A stretch of 64,000 nucleotides of DNA from Rhodocyclaceae bacterium (GCA_020445805.1 JAGRFX010000003.1:1530-65529); one strand, 5' to 3'; numbered from the stretch's first letter, positions 9,281 through 19,552 are shown. Program-made: numbers and translations. Notes: a model not told the origin generated them from the sequence alone.

Positions 9281-10279
9281 TCAGGATCGGTCCCGTGCCG
9301 GATCGCCGGGGGCGTCGGCGGCGGGCGGAACGGCGACATCCAGCTGAACGGGGCGCTGGCGCAGGGCCCACATCACGCCACCGACCAGCAACAGAATGCC
9401 CGTGAGGGTCAGCGGCGCGGGCCAGGCGCCCCGCACCAGGAAAGCATAGGCGAGCGCCGCGAGGGTCTCGAAAACGATCAGCTGTCCGACCAGGGCGGTC
9501 GGCAGGCGCTGGCTGGCCTCGTTCCAGCACAGGGTGCCGAGCCACGAGGCGAGCAGTCCGATCGACACCATCAGTGCCACGAAGAAACCCGGCCGCGGCC
9601 CGAGCGGCATCGGGAACGTCTCGCCGGCCACCGCATACCACAGCCAGGTCAGCAGATAGCCGGCCAGCGCCAGGGGCAGGGTCGCCAGTCCCTGGGCTGT
9701 GGCCCACGCGCGCGGATTGCGGCCCGGGTGGTCGCGCAGCCAGTCGCCGTTGCGCAAGGGATACCAGGTCCAGCAGGCCACTGCCCCGATCGCCAGCAGT
9801 ACGCCACCGAGCCGGCTGCCCGCGACCGCACCGGACGCGGCCAGATGCAATTCGGCCTGATTCACGCAGGCGATGCCCGCGCCGATGGCGAACAGCGAGG
9901 GCGCCATCTGCAGCCAGGGCAGCTGGCCATCCCGCCGCCGGTTGCGACGATTGGCCGCGACCGCGATGACCACCGGCAGCGTGCCGATGATCATGGTCGC
10001 GAGTGGCGCGCCGATCTGCTGGATCGCGCTGGCGAGGCACAGGTAGTAGGCCAGGTTGCCCACCGCGGCGAGCTTCAGCGCCTCGCGCCAGTCGGCACGG
10101 GTCAGGCGGGCCAGCTCACGCCGATCGAGCCAGCCCAGGGGCAGCGCCACCAGCCCGAAGGCCAGGTAGCGGCCATAGGACTGGAGCGTGGCGGGATACT
10201 CGGGCAGCAGCAGGGGGCCGACGAAGACCAGTCCCCACATCATGCCCGCCGCCAGGGCGAACGCGACGCCGATGCCCAT
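9281..10279 (-). CDS. DMT/EamA family transporter (YtfF-like)
   Basis: About 10 TM segments; AGMMWGLVFVGP; WNEASQRLPTALVGQLIVFETL. Confidence 0.9.
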   Translation of the reverse strand: MGIGVAFALAAGMMWGLVFVGPLLLPEYPATLQSYGRYLAFGLVALPLGWLDRRELARLTRADWREALKLAAVGNLAYYLCLASAIQQIGAPLATMIIGTLPVVIAVAANRRNRRRDGQLPWLQMAPSLFAIGAGIACVNQAELHLAASGAVAGSRLGGVLLAIGAVACWTWYPLRNGDWLRDHPGRNPRAWATAQGLATLPLALAGYLLTWLWYAVAGETFPMPLGPRPGFFVALMVSIGLLASWLGTLCWNEASQRLPTALVGQLIVFETLAALAYAFLVRGAWPAPLTLTGILLLVGGVMWALRQRPVQLDVAVPPAADAPGDPARDRS

Positions 10280-10307
10280 GGTGCGCCGGGTTCCGGGGGG
10301 CCGAGGC

Positions 10308-10958
10308 TCAGCCGCGCCGCGCGGGCGGCCGGGGATCGGCCACCGCCACCATGGTCTCGGGATCGACGGGCTGCAGCAGGGCCCGCAGCTCGGCCTCGGT
10401 GCGGGCCTGCAGCCAGGCCGCGTGGTCGGCCCGTTCGAGCACCACGACGCTGCGTTTCTCGTCTTCCGGCCGGTGGAAGCGCTGCATCAGGGGATGTCCA
10501 TCGGCGTTGATGGTCAGCATCGTGAAGGACCAGTGGGCGGCGCCGGGGTCATCCATCCGTCGCTCCCAGAGGCCCGCCAGGGCAAAGGGCTCGCCGTCGG
10601 CCCGTTCGATCCGCCAGCGCACGGCCTTGCCCGATTCGTAGCAGGGCTCGAAGAAGGCCTCGACCGGGATGAGGGCCAGCTGGCGGCGCTTCCAGGCATT
10701 GCGAAAGCTCGGTTTGTCGGCGACGGTTTCACTGCGCGCGTTGTACGTCATGCGCGAGAGCTTCTTCGGATCGCCCCAGTGGGGGACCATCCCGAACATC
10801 CCGGGCACCCACTCTTCCGGCAGGATATTGGCCAGGAAGGGCGCAACGCCGCCGGGGAAGGTTTCTCCATACGAGAAGGCCGGCGGCTGGACCGTATGGC
10901 CGGCGGGGCCGAGGCGCTCCAGGTAGGCGTGGCGGGCGGGGTTGTAGTCGGCACACAT
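10308..10958 (-). CDS. SOS response-associated peptidase (SRAP, YedK/HMCES family)
   Basis: N-terminal Cys2; YNARSETVADKPSFRNAW; FFEP; FALAGLWE; SFTMLTINA...FH...KR. Confidence 0.92.
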   Translation of the reverse strand: MCADYNPARHAYLERLGPAGHTVQPPAFSYGETFPGGVAPFLANILPEEWVPGMFGMVPHWGDPKKLSRMTYNARSETVADKPSFRNAWKRRQLALIPVEAFFEPCYESGKAVRWRIERADGEPFALAGLWERRMDDPGAAHWSFTMLTINADGHPLMQRFHRPEDEKRSVVVLERADHAAWLQARTEAELRALLQPVDPETMVAVADPRPPARRG

Positions 10959-11179
10959 GGGCGGAGTCTGGCGTGGGTCGGGACAAGACGCGCAGTGCGC
11001 CTCGCGGAGCCTGCCCGGCGGCCGCGAACGGTCACGCCTCAGCAGTCATGCCCTAGGATACCGCGCGCCGCGACATCAAGTTCCGGCGCACCGTCCCGTT
11101 GCTGTTCTGGGACGCGCACCGGGCAGACCCTCGCGTCGTGGGCGCCGGGCATGCCCGACATGGCTGCAGGAGGTGTGGG

Positions 11180-12142
11180 ATGGCGATTCCGAGCTGGCTT
11201 GATACGGTGCGCCGGGGGCTGGTGCTGGCGCTGCTTGTCGCATCGCCCTTGCCGGTCCTTGCCGCCTGGACGGTGATCGTCCCGGCCGCCGCCGGTGGCG
11301 GATCCGACACCTCGGCACGGGTCTTCGCCAAGTACGCGCAGAAGAAGCTGAAGGTGCCCGTGATCGTGCAGAACGTGCCCGGCGAGGGGGGCTACCGCGG
11401 TTCACGCCAGGTGGCCGAATCGACGCCCGGGCAGCAGGTCCTGCTCTATACCCATGCCGGCATCGTCACGAATTTCGTGTCGGGCAAGGCACCCTATGCC
11501 TACGAGCGGTTTCAGGTCCTCGGACAGCTGATCAGCGACGAGACCCTGGCCCTGATGGTCCGCGGCGACGATCCGATCGCCCGTGTCGCCGACCTGATCG
11601 ACGAGGCGCGCCGTTCGCCGGCCACCCTGGCGGTGGCCACGGAGTACGGTGCCTACACCTACTTCATGCTGGCCAGCCTGCAGCGCCAGTTCGGACTGAG
11701 CTTCCTGCTGGCCGACGTGGGCGGCGACACGGCCAAGCTCCGGGCGCTGCTGACAGGCCAGGTGCGGGTGATCCCGCGGGTGGTGGGCGGCACCCGGGCT
11801 TATCTGGCCGACGGAGAAATCCGTGCGCTGGGCCTGGTGGCCAGCGAGCGACCTGCCAGTGCGCGCGACGTCCCGACGCTGCAGGAACAGGGGGTTCCGT
11901 TCAGTTTTCCGCCGTTCCCGTTCATGCTCTTCGCCCCGGCCCATCTGCCTGCCGGTGCGGTGTCCACGCTGCGTGCGATGGTCCGCGAGGTCACGCAGGA
12001 TCCGGGGTTCCGCAGCGAGATCGAGGCCGCCAGCATGGCTGTCCGGTATCGCGATCCGGCCGCGACGCTGTCGCTGCTGGCGGACCTGAAGCAGCGCTTC
12101 TCGGAATTGATCGCACCGGCCACGCCAAGGCCGGCGCCCTGA
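11180..12142 (+). CDS. Tripartite tricarboxylate transporter substrate-binding protein (Bug/TctC)
   Basis: Signal peptide; IVPAAAGGGSDTSAR; VQNVPGEGG; DVPTLQEQG. Confidence 0.88.
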   Translation: MAIPSWLDTVRRGLVLALLVASPLPVLAAWTVIVPAAAGGGSDTSARVFAKYAQKKLKVPVIVQNVPGEGGYRGSRQVAESTPGQQVLLYTHAGIVTNFVSGKAPYAYERFQVLGQLISDETLALMVRGDDPIARVADLIDEARRSPATLAVATEYGAYTYFMLASLQRQFGLSFLLADVGGDTAKLRALLTGQVRVIPRVVGGTRAYLADGEIRALGLVASERPASARDVPTLQEQGVPFSFPPFPFMLFAPAHLPAGAVSTLRAMVREVTQDPGFRSEIEAASMAVRYRDPAATLSLLADLKQRFSELIAPATPRPAP

Positions 12143-12161
12143 CGAGGGTGCGACGCGAGGT

Positions 12162-12638
12162 TCAGGGCTTCGGCGTCGGCGTGGCGGTCTTCGATGCCAC
12201 GGCCGTGAACACCACCCGCTCGACGCGCCCCGTGGGCTTGTCGTACAACACGGTGGCCTGGTAGTTGCGCGCCGGATAGTAGGTCATGCTTTCGCGCAGG
12301 AACTCATAGGTGCCGGTGGCGATCGCCTGCAGCAGGGCCACCAGCCCAATCGACCGGACCAGCGGCTCCTGGGTGGGCCTGGCAACGACGGGGTTGTCCG
12401 CCTCGCGCACCGCGTAGAGCCATTTGTCCATGCGCTCGGGGATATGGCCGAGGGTGACGCTGGCGTCGGTCTCCACGGTGACCTCCGGAAGACCGGCGGT
12501 CAGGGCGTCGGTCAGCTCCTCGTCGAAGATGCGCGAGTCGATGAAGGCGATCTGCGACTTGGGGGGCTTGGGGACGCTGGCACAGGCGCAGACCGTCAGC
12601 GCGAGCAGCAGGACGGCAAAGAGGCGAAGGCGGGGCAT
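12162..12638 (-). CDS. Hypothetical lipoprotein
   Basis: Signal peptide ending in lipobox-like VCAC; globular body (IPERMDKWL, YYPARNYQA); start at 12638 inferred. Confidence 0.7.
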   Translation of the reverse strand: MPRLRLFAVLLLALTVCACASVPKPPKSQIAFIDSRIFDEELTDALTAGLPEVTVETDASVTLGHIPERMDKWLYAVREADNPVVARPTQEPLVRSIGLVALLQAIATGTYEFLRESMTYYPARNYQATVLYDKPTGRVERVVFTAVASKTATPTPKP

Positions 12639-12706
12639 GGCATCGATCGGGAGCGCGGACGTCGACAGCCTAACGCCGGGCGTCCTGCGCATCAATGCGT
12701 GCGAAC

Positions 12707-13966
12707 TCAGTCGCTGTCTTCCCGCGCCAGCATGGCGCGCTTGTCGGCGCCGACGAGAGGATGGTAGCAGTCGGCCGGCTGGGCGCCCAGGTGGCCCACG
12801 CAGCCATTGCAGTCCACGCAGCGCGGGCCGGCCTGGCCGTCGCGGAGGTGCCTGAACAGGAAGGGATCGGCGATGAAGGCCCGGCCCGCCGACACCGCAC
12901 CGCACAGGCCCCGGCCGATCGCATCCTCCATGGCGGCACGGGACCGGAAACCGCCGACGCAGATGACCGGAATCGACAGTCGCCGGGCGAAGGCAGGGGC
13001 GTAGTCGAGATTGAAGCCTTCGCGCCCCTTCCACAGATGGTTGCTGGCCCAGGCCACGAGGGGGCGGAACCAGCGCATGGCGGTGCGACGGACGAAGGGC
13101 AGCTGGGCCATGCTGCCGTCCACCATGTGGCGCAGGCACAGGTCGAACGTGCCGCAGACCATCGGAAAGCCCGATTCATAGTGGCCCACGGTGATTTCGA
13201 CCGCATCGATGCCGGCTTCCTGCATCCGCAGCGCGACGGCCACCAGGTCCTCGGTGTCGAGCCCGGGCCGGAGCGGCAGGCGGTCGGCGCCGTTGAGCTT
13301 CATGATCACCGGGAAGTCGTCTCCGCAGCGCAGGCGGATGGCGGCCAGGATCTCGCGCGCGAAGCGTGTCCGGTTCTCGAGGCTGCCCCCGTATTCGTCG
13401 CCGCGGCGATTGGTATAGGGCGTCAGGAACTGGCTCAGCAGATAGCCGTTGGCCGAGTGCAGCTGCACGCCGTCGAAGCCGGCCGCCTGGCAGCGCCGTG
13501 CCGCCTCGGCAAAGGCCGTCACCAGGGCGCCGATCTCGTCGCTGCCGAGGGCGCGTGGTCGGGTGCCGGTCAGGAGTTCGGTCACGCCCGAGGCCGAGAC
13601 CACCTCGGGCGCGCCGACGAAGTCGGGCACGACCTGACGCCCGCAGTGGTTCAACTGGGCGAAGATGCGCCCGCCGAAGCCGTGGACCACCCCGGTGATC
13701 CGGCGCAGGCCCTCGATCTTTCCATCCTCGTCGGCTCCCAGCTGGCGGGGCGCCGATTTGCCCTGGCGATTCACGTAGATGTTGCCGGTGACGATCAGGG
13801 GCGTCTCGCCCTTCGCCAGCAGGCGGTAGAAGTCCACCACCGCATCGGTCACGCCACCGGAGGCATCTGCCCGGGTTTCGGCCGTGGCGGTCTTGAAGAG
13901 CCGGGCGGGCAAGGCCAATGAACCGATCCGGATGGGCGAGAACAGACTGGCTGTCGTATGGCTCAC
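12707..13966 (-). CDS. NADH:flavin oxidoreductase (Old Yellow Enzyme family)
   Basis: AQLNHCGRQ; AGFDGVQLHSANGYLLSQFLTPYTNRRGDEYGGSLENR; C-terminal CVDCNGC; GTG start inferred. Confidence 0.92.
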   Translation of the reverse strand: MSHTTASLFSPIRIGSLALPARLFKTATAETRADASGGVTDAVVDFYRLLAKGETPLIVTGNIYVNRQGKSAPRQLGADEDGKIEGLRRITGVVHGFGGRIFAQLNHCGRQVVPDFVGAPEVVSASGVTELLTGTRPRALGSDEIGALVTAFAEAARRCQAAGFDGVQLHSANGYLLSQFLTPYTNRRGDEYGGSLENRTRFAREILAAIRLRCGDDFPVIMKLNGADRLPLRPGLDTEDLVAVALRMQEAGIDAVEITVGHYESGFPMVCGTFDLCLRHMVDGSMAQLPFVRRTAMRWFRPLVAWASNHLWKGREGFNLDYAPAFARRLSIPVICVGGFRSRAAMEDAIGRGLCGAVSAGRAFIADPFLFRHLRDGQAGPRCVDCNGCVGHLGAQPADCYHPLVGADKRAMLAREDSD

Positions 13967-14173
13967 GCGTGTCCCCACGAATCGAACGTCATGACCTTGT
14001 TGTAGCTCATCGGTGTCGGCGTGCCAGCCGCGCCCGCCTGGCTGCGCGTGCCATGCGGGCGGGTTGCACATCGGCGTCGCGGCCACTCGTGGCACACTCG
14101 GGGGCAATGCGCCCGCCGGTCCTGCCAGGCCTGCGGGCACCGGCAGGCTCGAATGAGGACACCAGGGAACGGG

Positions 14174-17100
14174 ATGCGGGTCTATCTGAGTTGCGGGAAG
14201 GCGGAACAACTCGACGTCGATGCGCTGCGTCGGGCCCTGGCCGGACGGCAGCCGGGGCTCGAGCTCGCACTGGCGGCGCACCGCAACGAGGCCGGCGCCT
14301 ACCTCACCGCCCGGCTCCAGGGCGCGCTGGCGAGCGCCGACGTGGTGGTGCTGATGCTGGGCGAGCAGATCGGCGCCTGGCAGGCGCTGGAATATTTCGA
14401 GGCCCACCGGCGGCTGCGGGAGGATGGGCGGCCCACCGTCGTCGCGGTCCAGCTCGGCGAGCGGATGCCGGCGCTGCCGGGTCTCGACCGGGTGCGCTGC
14501 CTCGATGCGCGGACCCAGGGACTCGCCGAGCTGGTGGCCGGCATCCTGGGGCAGGGCGAGCCTCCGCCGCCGCTGTCCTGGCGCAACTTCACGCCCTACG
14601 CCGGTCTCGCCCCCCTGGACCTCGACACGTCCGCCTTCCTGCTCGGCCGGGAGCTCGCCGTGACGCGCCTGCTGGGCGCCCTGTCGGTATCGCCCAACCG
14701 GGTGCATGTGGTGGTCGGCAACGCCGGCGTGGGCAAGTCCTCCCTGCTGGGGGCCGGTGTCCTGGCCGCCCTGCGCAGCCAGATGTGGCCGATCGCCGGT
14801 CAGCAGGGCTGGCCCGAGGCGCTGGCCGACAGCCGGGCCTGGCCCCTGGTGCGGATGCGGCCGGGGGCGCGCCCCCTGCAGGCACTGGCCCGCGCCTTCG
14901 TGTCCCTGTGGCGCGAGAGTCCGACGGAGATCGACGAGGAGGCGGCGCGCTGGCACGAGCGACTGGCCCAGGGCGGTGGCTTCGAGGAACTGGCCGAGGC
15001 CGCCCTGTCGCGGGTGGCCTTCCGCATGGACGCCGAGCCGCCGCGCCGGCTCGTGCTGTGCGTCGACCAGGCCGAAGAGCTGTATGCCCTGGCAGCGGTC
15101 GAAGAGCGGACCCGTTTCTCGCGACTGATGGCCCAGGCGGCCGCCTCACCCGACGCCCTGGTCCTGATGGCGCTGAGGTCCGATGGCTATGGCGCCCTGC
15201 AGGCCGACAGCGAGCTGTATCCGGTCGTCCGAACCACCGACATGGCGCCGCCCGAACCGGTCCTGCTCGAAGCGCTGGTGCGCATGCCCGCCGGCTGGCT
15301 GGGGGTTCGGCTGTCGAGCGAGGACGCGATCGAGCAGCTCACCGCGGCCGCAAGCCGCGCGCCCGGAGCGCTGCCGCTGCTGGCAGACTGCCTGGCCGAC
15401 GCCTGGTCCGGCATCCGGACCGGCCCCGATGGCGCCGCCGTGCTGCCTCTGCCCCGTGGCCTGATCGACATCGCCCGGCCCCTGGTGGATCGGACCGAGC
15501 GTTTCATCGCGGCCCATCCGGGCAGCGAGGCCGTCCTCCTGCGCTTGTTCACGTCCCGGCTTGCGGTCCTGCCCCGCGACGGCGATTTCCTGGCCCGCCG
15601 GGCGGCCCGCGGCGAATGCAGCGAGGGCGAATGGTCCCTGCTCACCGCCATGGCCGAGCCGGCCTGGCGGCTCGTCCGGCTCGATGCCGGCGGGCGTTCT
15701 GCCGAACTGGCCCACGAGATCCTCCTCAGGGCCTGGCCGCGGGTCGCGGCCTGGCTCGACGAGTCCCGCGAGTTCATGGTCTGGAAGGTCCGCTTCGAGG
15801 CCGACTACCGCCGCTGGGAAGAGGCCGGCGACGACGGGCGGGCATCCACCCTGCTGTCGGGCCTGCCCCTCGAGCTGGCCAAGCGCTGGAGCGAGCAGCG
15901 CCCGGCCGACCTCAGCCCCGGCGAGTGCCTCTTCATCGACGAGAGTCGCCTGGCCGAGTCGGCGGCAGGGGCCTCGGCCCGTGTTGCCGCACGTCGCCAG
16001 GTGCTGCAACGGCGGTGGACCCTGGGGCTCGTCCTGCTGGCGCTCGTCGGGGTGGCCGCGCTGGCGGTGGTGACCCTCGAGCAGCGTCGCGACGCCGAGG
16101 CGGTGGCGCAGCAGGCGCAGTGGCAGGGCGAGCAGGCCCGGCAGGCGCGCGAGGACGCCCTGCGGCAGGTGGACCGGCTGAACGCCGCGCGGCTGGCGCT
16201 GGAGGCCGGTCGGCTGATCGACGCGGGGGGCGATGCCCGGCTCGCGCTGCTGCTGGGCGCCGAATCCCTGCGGCTGGCCCCCTCGGCGGAGGGCGTGCTG
16301 GCCGTGCGGCGTGCGCTGGCGCTGACCCCTGCCGCCGGCGAACCGCTGGCCTGGCCCTGGCCGGATGCGCAAAGGCTGGCCACGGCGGACGGCCAGGTCG
16401 AGGCCTTCGTGCGGATGTCGGCGGCGTCGCCGGCCATCGAACTGCGTCGCCGGACGGACGAGGGCCAGGAGTCGCTCGCCCTCGAAGTGCATGGCACGCT
16501 GCACGATGTCCGGCTCTCTGATGATGGCCGGTGGGTCGCCGGGCTCGAGGGCGAGGCGCGGCTGCCGGTGGTGTGGGACGCGCTGTCCGGCACCCGCCGG
16601 GAGGGCGCCGAAGGGGTCGCCCGCTTGGCCTTCGCCGGCTCGCTGCTGCTCGAATCCCGGGAAGGCCGACAGCTGACCCTCAGCGAGGCAGGGGGCGGTG
16701 GCGAGGGGTTCGCCCTCGGGCTGGCGGCCGGCGTGTCCGCCGTCCAGCTGGCGAGCGACGGCCGGACCCTGGTGAGCTTCGGCGAGGACGGCCGCTTCCG
16801 CGGCTGGGACGGCCCCAGCGGGCGCCCGCTGTGGGCCTCCCGGTCGGCGCGCCCGAGCCAGCCCGCGCCGGTGATCAGCGGCGATGGGGAATGGTTCGCC
16901 CAGGCGGCAAGCGAGGGCGCCGCGGTCGAGATCGGCGACGTGGCGAGCGGCCGCGTCACGGCAACCCTGCCCATCGATCGGTCCGGGACACTGACCCTCT
17001 CCGACGACGGCGCGCGCCTGCTCTGGCAGGGGGCGGCCGCGTCCGACCATGAGGGCGAGCTGCAGCTGTGGGATACCGCAGCCGCCCGGCTGCTGCACCG

Positions 17101-19552
17101 GCGCCCCCTGCGCGGCGATGCCATCGCGCTGGGCTTCCTGCCCGGCGGGCGGCTGCTGGCTCTGGCGGACGGCTTTCGGGCCGGGGCCTCCGGCTCGGGC
17201 TATCTGGAGCTGATCGACGGGGAGGATGGCAGCGGCCTGTGGCGTCTGCCCCTGGCGGCCGGTGCGCCGGCCCCGATCGAGATGGGCCCCGGCCTGCTGG
17301 CCTTGCCCGATGCCAACGGCGCGCGGCTGCTGACCCGGGCGGGGCAGCTCAGCTTCGAACTGGGCGAGGGGCGTCCGGTGGTGGCCGCCGCCGCCGATGG
17401 CGCCGGTCGCTGGCTGGCCCTGGCGCGTGCCGGGTCCGACGGAGGCACGCGCATCGAATGGCGCGAACGGGTGCGCGGAGAACTGCTGGGCAGTGTGGAC
17501 GTGGATGGGCAGGTCCTGCGCCTGCTGACCGGCCCTGGCGGAGACGCCCTGCTCGCGCTGGTCCGGCGCGACGACCGGACCTGGATCCTGGCCTGGGCGG
17601 GCAGCGAAGGCCGTCGCCTGGGCCGCTTCCGGGTGGATGGGGAGGTGTCGCGGATCCTGCTGCTCCCGGACGGGGACCGGGTCGCCCTGCTGGATGGGCT
17701 GGGGCAGTTGCGCCTGCGTCGCCTGCGCGACGGCCAGCCGGCCGGCACCCTGTCCCACCGGGCCGTAGCCGACGACTGGTGGGCGGCGGCGACGGCCCCG
17801 GTCGCCGTGGTCCGGGTGGGAACGACCCTGCAGTGGTGGGACCTCGCGACCCGTACGGTCAAGGGCGTCCAGGTCCTGAAGACGCGCCCGGGCGAGCTGG
17901 CCCTGTCGCCGGACGGCCGCGTGGTGGCCTGGCTCGAGGGGGACGGACAAGCGACCGTGCTGCGGCTCTGGCGCCCAGCGGACGACGCGTCGCCCGCCAC
18001 CGCGTATCCCGGGCCGGCGCGCGACCTGGCCTTCAGCCGCGACGGCAGCCGCCTGCGGGTGCGGGTCGGCCAGGACACGGTGCAGGTCTATGGGGCGGAT
18101 GGCCTGGGCTTGCAGGGACGGATTCAGGTCCCCGCCGGCGACCCGCTGACGGTCGAGGACTTCGTCGGCGACGGCCGCTGGCTGGCGGTGGAGGCGGGCC
18201 GCGGCGGACAGCGCCAGCTAAGCATCCACGGCACCGTCGACGGACGTGAGCGGGCGCGGCTCGCCCTGTCGGGGCACTGGACCACGCTGGCCGATACCGG
18301 CGGGCTCGTGGTGCAGGGCACCGACGGCGCCTGGCGGGCGGTGGACCCGGACAGCGCCAGTGCCGATCAGGTCCTGCTCGAGGCGGGTTTCCCGGCCCTG
18401 CGACGCCTGCCGGGCGCGCGCCGGCTGCTGGCCGATGTGGACGACGCCACCTGGCAGTCTCTGCCTGCCGAGATCCGCCAATGGCTGACCCGCCCGGCCG
18501 CGGCCGGGGTCGCGCCCGATGCGGTTTGGGCCGTGGACCCTGCCGGCGAGCGGCTCGCCGTGGTGGCCCCCGACGGGGTCGGCATCGTCGATGCGGCGGA
18601 CGGTCGTCGGGTGGCGGAATGGCCCGATGTCCGGTTCGCCCCGGTTTCGCCCGACGGCGCCCCGCGCTCGGCTGCGGGGCGCGGGGAGCGGCTGCAGTTC
18701 ATCGACAGTGGCAACGGCCTGGTGGCCTTCGACACGGTCGTTTCGCCGACCGATGGCCCGCGCTCCCGCCTGTGGCTGTGGCGCTGGGTGGACGGGCCGG
18801 CCCGCGAGATCGGCGATGGCAATCCAGTCGCTGCCGTGGCCGCGACGCCGGACGGCCGCTGGCTGGCCAGCGCCGAGGGGGCGTACCGGCCCGCGGGCGC
18901 GCCGGCCCGGCCGCGCACAGCGGGTCGGGCGCAGCTGCGCATCTGGGATGGGAGAGACGGCAGCGTGCGCCGGACGGTGCCCCTCGACCTGGCGGCCGAA
19001 GCCGTGCGCTTCAGCCCCTCCGGCGAACACATCGCCCTGCGAACCGCCGCCGAGGTCCTGGTGCTGTCGACCGATGACGGGCAGGTCACGGCCCGCCTGC
19101 CGATTCCGTCCGGCGAGGTCCGGGGTGCCCTGCACTTCGCCGGCGAGAACCAGATCGCCCTGGGCACGGTGGATGGGCTTCGCCTTTGGTCGGTGGACAC
19201 GGGCGAGCTTCGGACGATCGACGGCGGGCGCGTCATCGCGGCCATCGAGGGCCCGGATGGCGGCGGGCCGTTGCTGGCCGCCGACAGCCAGGGGCTGGCG
19301 GGGCTGTGGGATACCGCCGATGGCCTGCGCCGGGTCGAGGCCGTGCCCGGGGTGGCGCCGGTGGATGCCTTCATGCCCGGTTCGGACGGCGAGGTGTGGA
19401 TGCTGGATGCTGCCCGCCTTCGGCGCCTGAACTGGACGGCCCAGGCCCTCGTGCCGCTCGCCTGCCAGCGGGCGGCCGGTCCGCTCACCGATGGCGAGTG
19501 GGCGCGCTACCTGGGCGACCTGCCCCGACCGGGGGCCTGCGACCCCCGCTGA
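14174..19552 (+). CDS. TIR-like domain + nSTAND1 NTPase + transmembrane helix + WD40/beta-propeller repeats (NLR-like protein)
   Basis: TIR-like RVYLS...ADVVVLMLGEQIGAWQALEY; PYAGL...LGRE; Walker A GNAGVGKSS; Walker B VLCVDQAEE; ALPLL; ELAHEILLRAWP; TM WTLGLVLLALVGVAALAVV; many SPDG/SDDG...WD blades. Confidence 0.85.
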   Translation: MRVYLSCGKAEQLDVDALRRALAGRQPGLELALAAHRNEAGAYLTARLQGALASADVVVLMLGEQIGAWQALEYFEAHRRLREDGRPTVVAVQLGERMPALPGLDRVRCLDARTQGLAELVAGILGQGEPPPPLSWRNFTPYAGLAPLDLDTSAFLLGRELAVTRLLGALSVSPNRVHVVVGNAGVGKSSLLGAGVLAALRSQMWPIAGQQGWPEALADSRAWPLVRMRPGARPLQALARAFVSLWRESPTEIDEEAARWHERLAQGGGFEELAEAALSRVAFRMDAEPPRRLVLCVDQAEELYALAAVEERTRFSRLMAQAAASPDALVLMALRSDGYGALQADSELYPVVRTTDMAPPEPVLLEALVRMPAGWLGVRLSSEDAIEQLTAAASRAPGALPLLADCLADAWSGIRTGPDGAAVLPLPRGLIDIARPLVDRTERFIAAHPGSEAVLLRLFTSRLAVLPRDGDFLARRAARGECSEGEWSLLTAMAEPAWRLVRLDAGGRSAELAHEILLRAWPRVAAWLDESREFMVWKVRFEADYRRWEEAGDDGRASTLLSGLPLELAKRWSEQRPADLSPGECLFIDESRLAESAAGASARVAARRQVLQRRWTLGLVLLALVGVAALAVVTLEQRRDAEAVAQQAQWQGEQARQAREDALRQVDRLNAARLALEAGRLIDAGGDARLALLLGAESLRLAPSAEGVLAVRRALALTPAAGEPLAWPWPDAQRLATADGQVEAFVRMSAASPAIELRRRTDEGQESLALEVHGTLHDVRLSDDGRWVAGLEGEARLPVVWDALSGTRREGAEGVARLAFAGSLLLESREGRQLTLSEAGGGGEGFALGLAAGVSAVQLASDGRTLVSFGEDGRFRGWDGPSGRPLWASRSARPSQPAPVISGDGEWFAQAASEGAAVEIGDVASGRVTATLPIDRSGTLTLSDDGARLLWQGAAASDHEGELQLWDTAAARLLHRRPLRGDAIALGFLPGGRLLALADGFRAGASGSGYLELIDGEDGSGLWRLPLAAGAPAPIEMGPGLLALPDANGARLLTRAGQLSFELGEGRPVVAAAADGAGRWLALARAGSDGGTRIEWRERVRGELLGSVDVDGQVLRLLTGPGGDALLALVRRDDRTWILAWAGSEGRRLGRFRVDGEVSRILLLPDGDRVALLDGLGQLRLRRLRDGQPAGTLSHRAVADDWWAAATAPVAVVRVGTTLQWWDLATRTVKGVQVLKTRPGELALSPDGRVVAWLEGDGQATVLRLWRPADDASPATAYPGPARDLAFSRDGSRLRVRVGQDTVQVYGADGLGLQGRIQVPAGDPLTVEDFVGDGRWLAVEAGRGGQRQLSIHGTVDGRERARLALSGHWTTLADTGGLVVQGTDGAWRAVDPDSASADQVLLEAGFPALRRLPGARRLLADVDDATWQSLPAEIRQWLTRPAAAGVAPDAVWAVDPAGERLAVVAPDGVGIVDAADGRRVAEWPDVRFAPVSPDGAPRSAAGRGERLQFIDSGNGLVAFDTVVSPTDGPRSRLWLWRWVDGPAREIGDGNPVAAVAATPDGRWLASAEGAYRPAGAPARPRTAGRAQLRIWDGRDGSVRRTVPLDLAAEAVRFSPSGEHIALRTAAEVLVLSTDDGQVTARLPIPSGEVRGALHFAGENQIALGTVDGLRLWSVDTGELRTIDGGRVIAAIEGPDGGGPLLAADSQGLAGLWDTADGLRRVEAVPGVAPVDAFMPGSDGEVWMLDAARLRRLNWTAQALVPLACQRAAGPLTDGEWARYLGDLPRPGACDPR

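Noticed and set aside
8384-10510. 708-aa plus-strand ORF
   Set aside because: Spans three well-supported minus-strand genes in antisense
14010-14106. Several TGGCAC hexamers as sigma54 promoters
   Set aside because: None has GC at the required GG-N10-GC spacing
13967-14956. N-terminal extension of the oxidoreductase to 749 aa
   Set aside because: Overlaps the TIR-STAND gene; family similarity begins only near 13966
13918-17950. Long ORFs 13918-16521 (+) and 15146-17950 (-)
   Set aside because: Arg/Gly/Pro-rich off-frame or antisense shadows of the TIR-STAND gene
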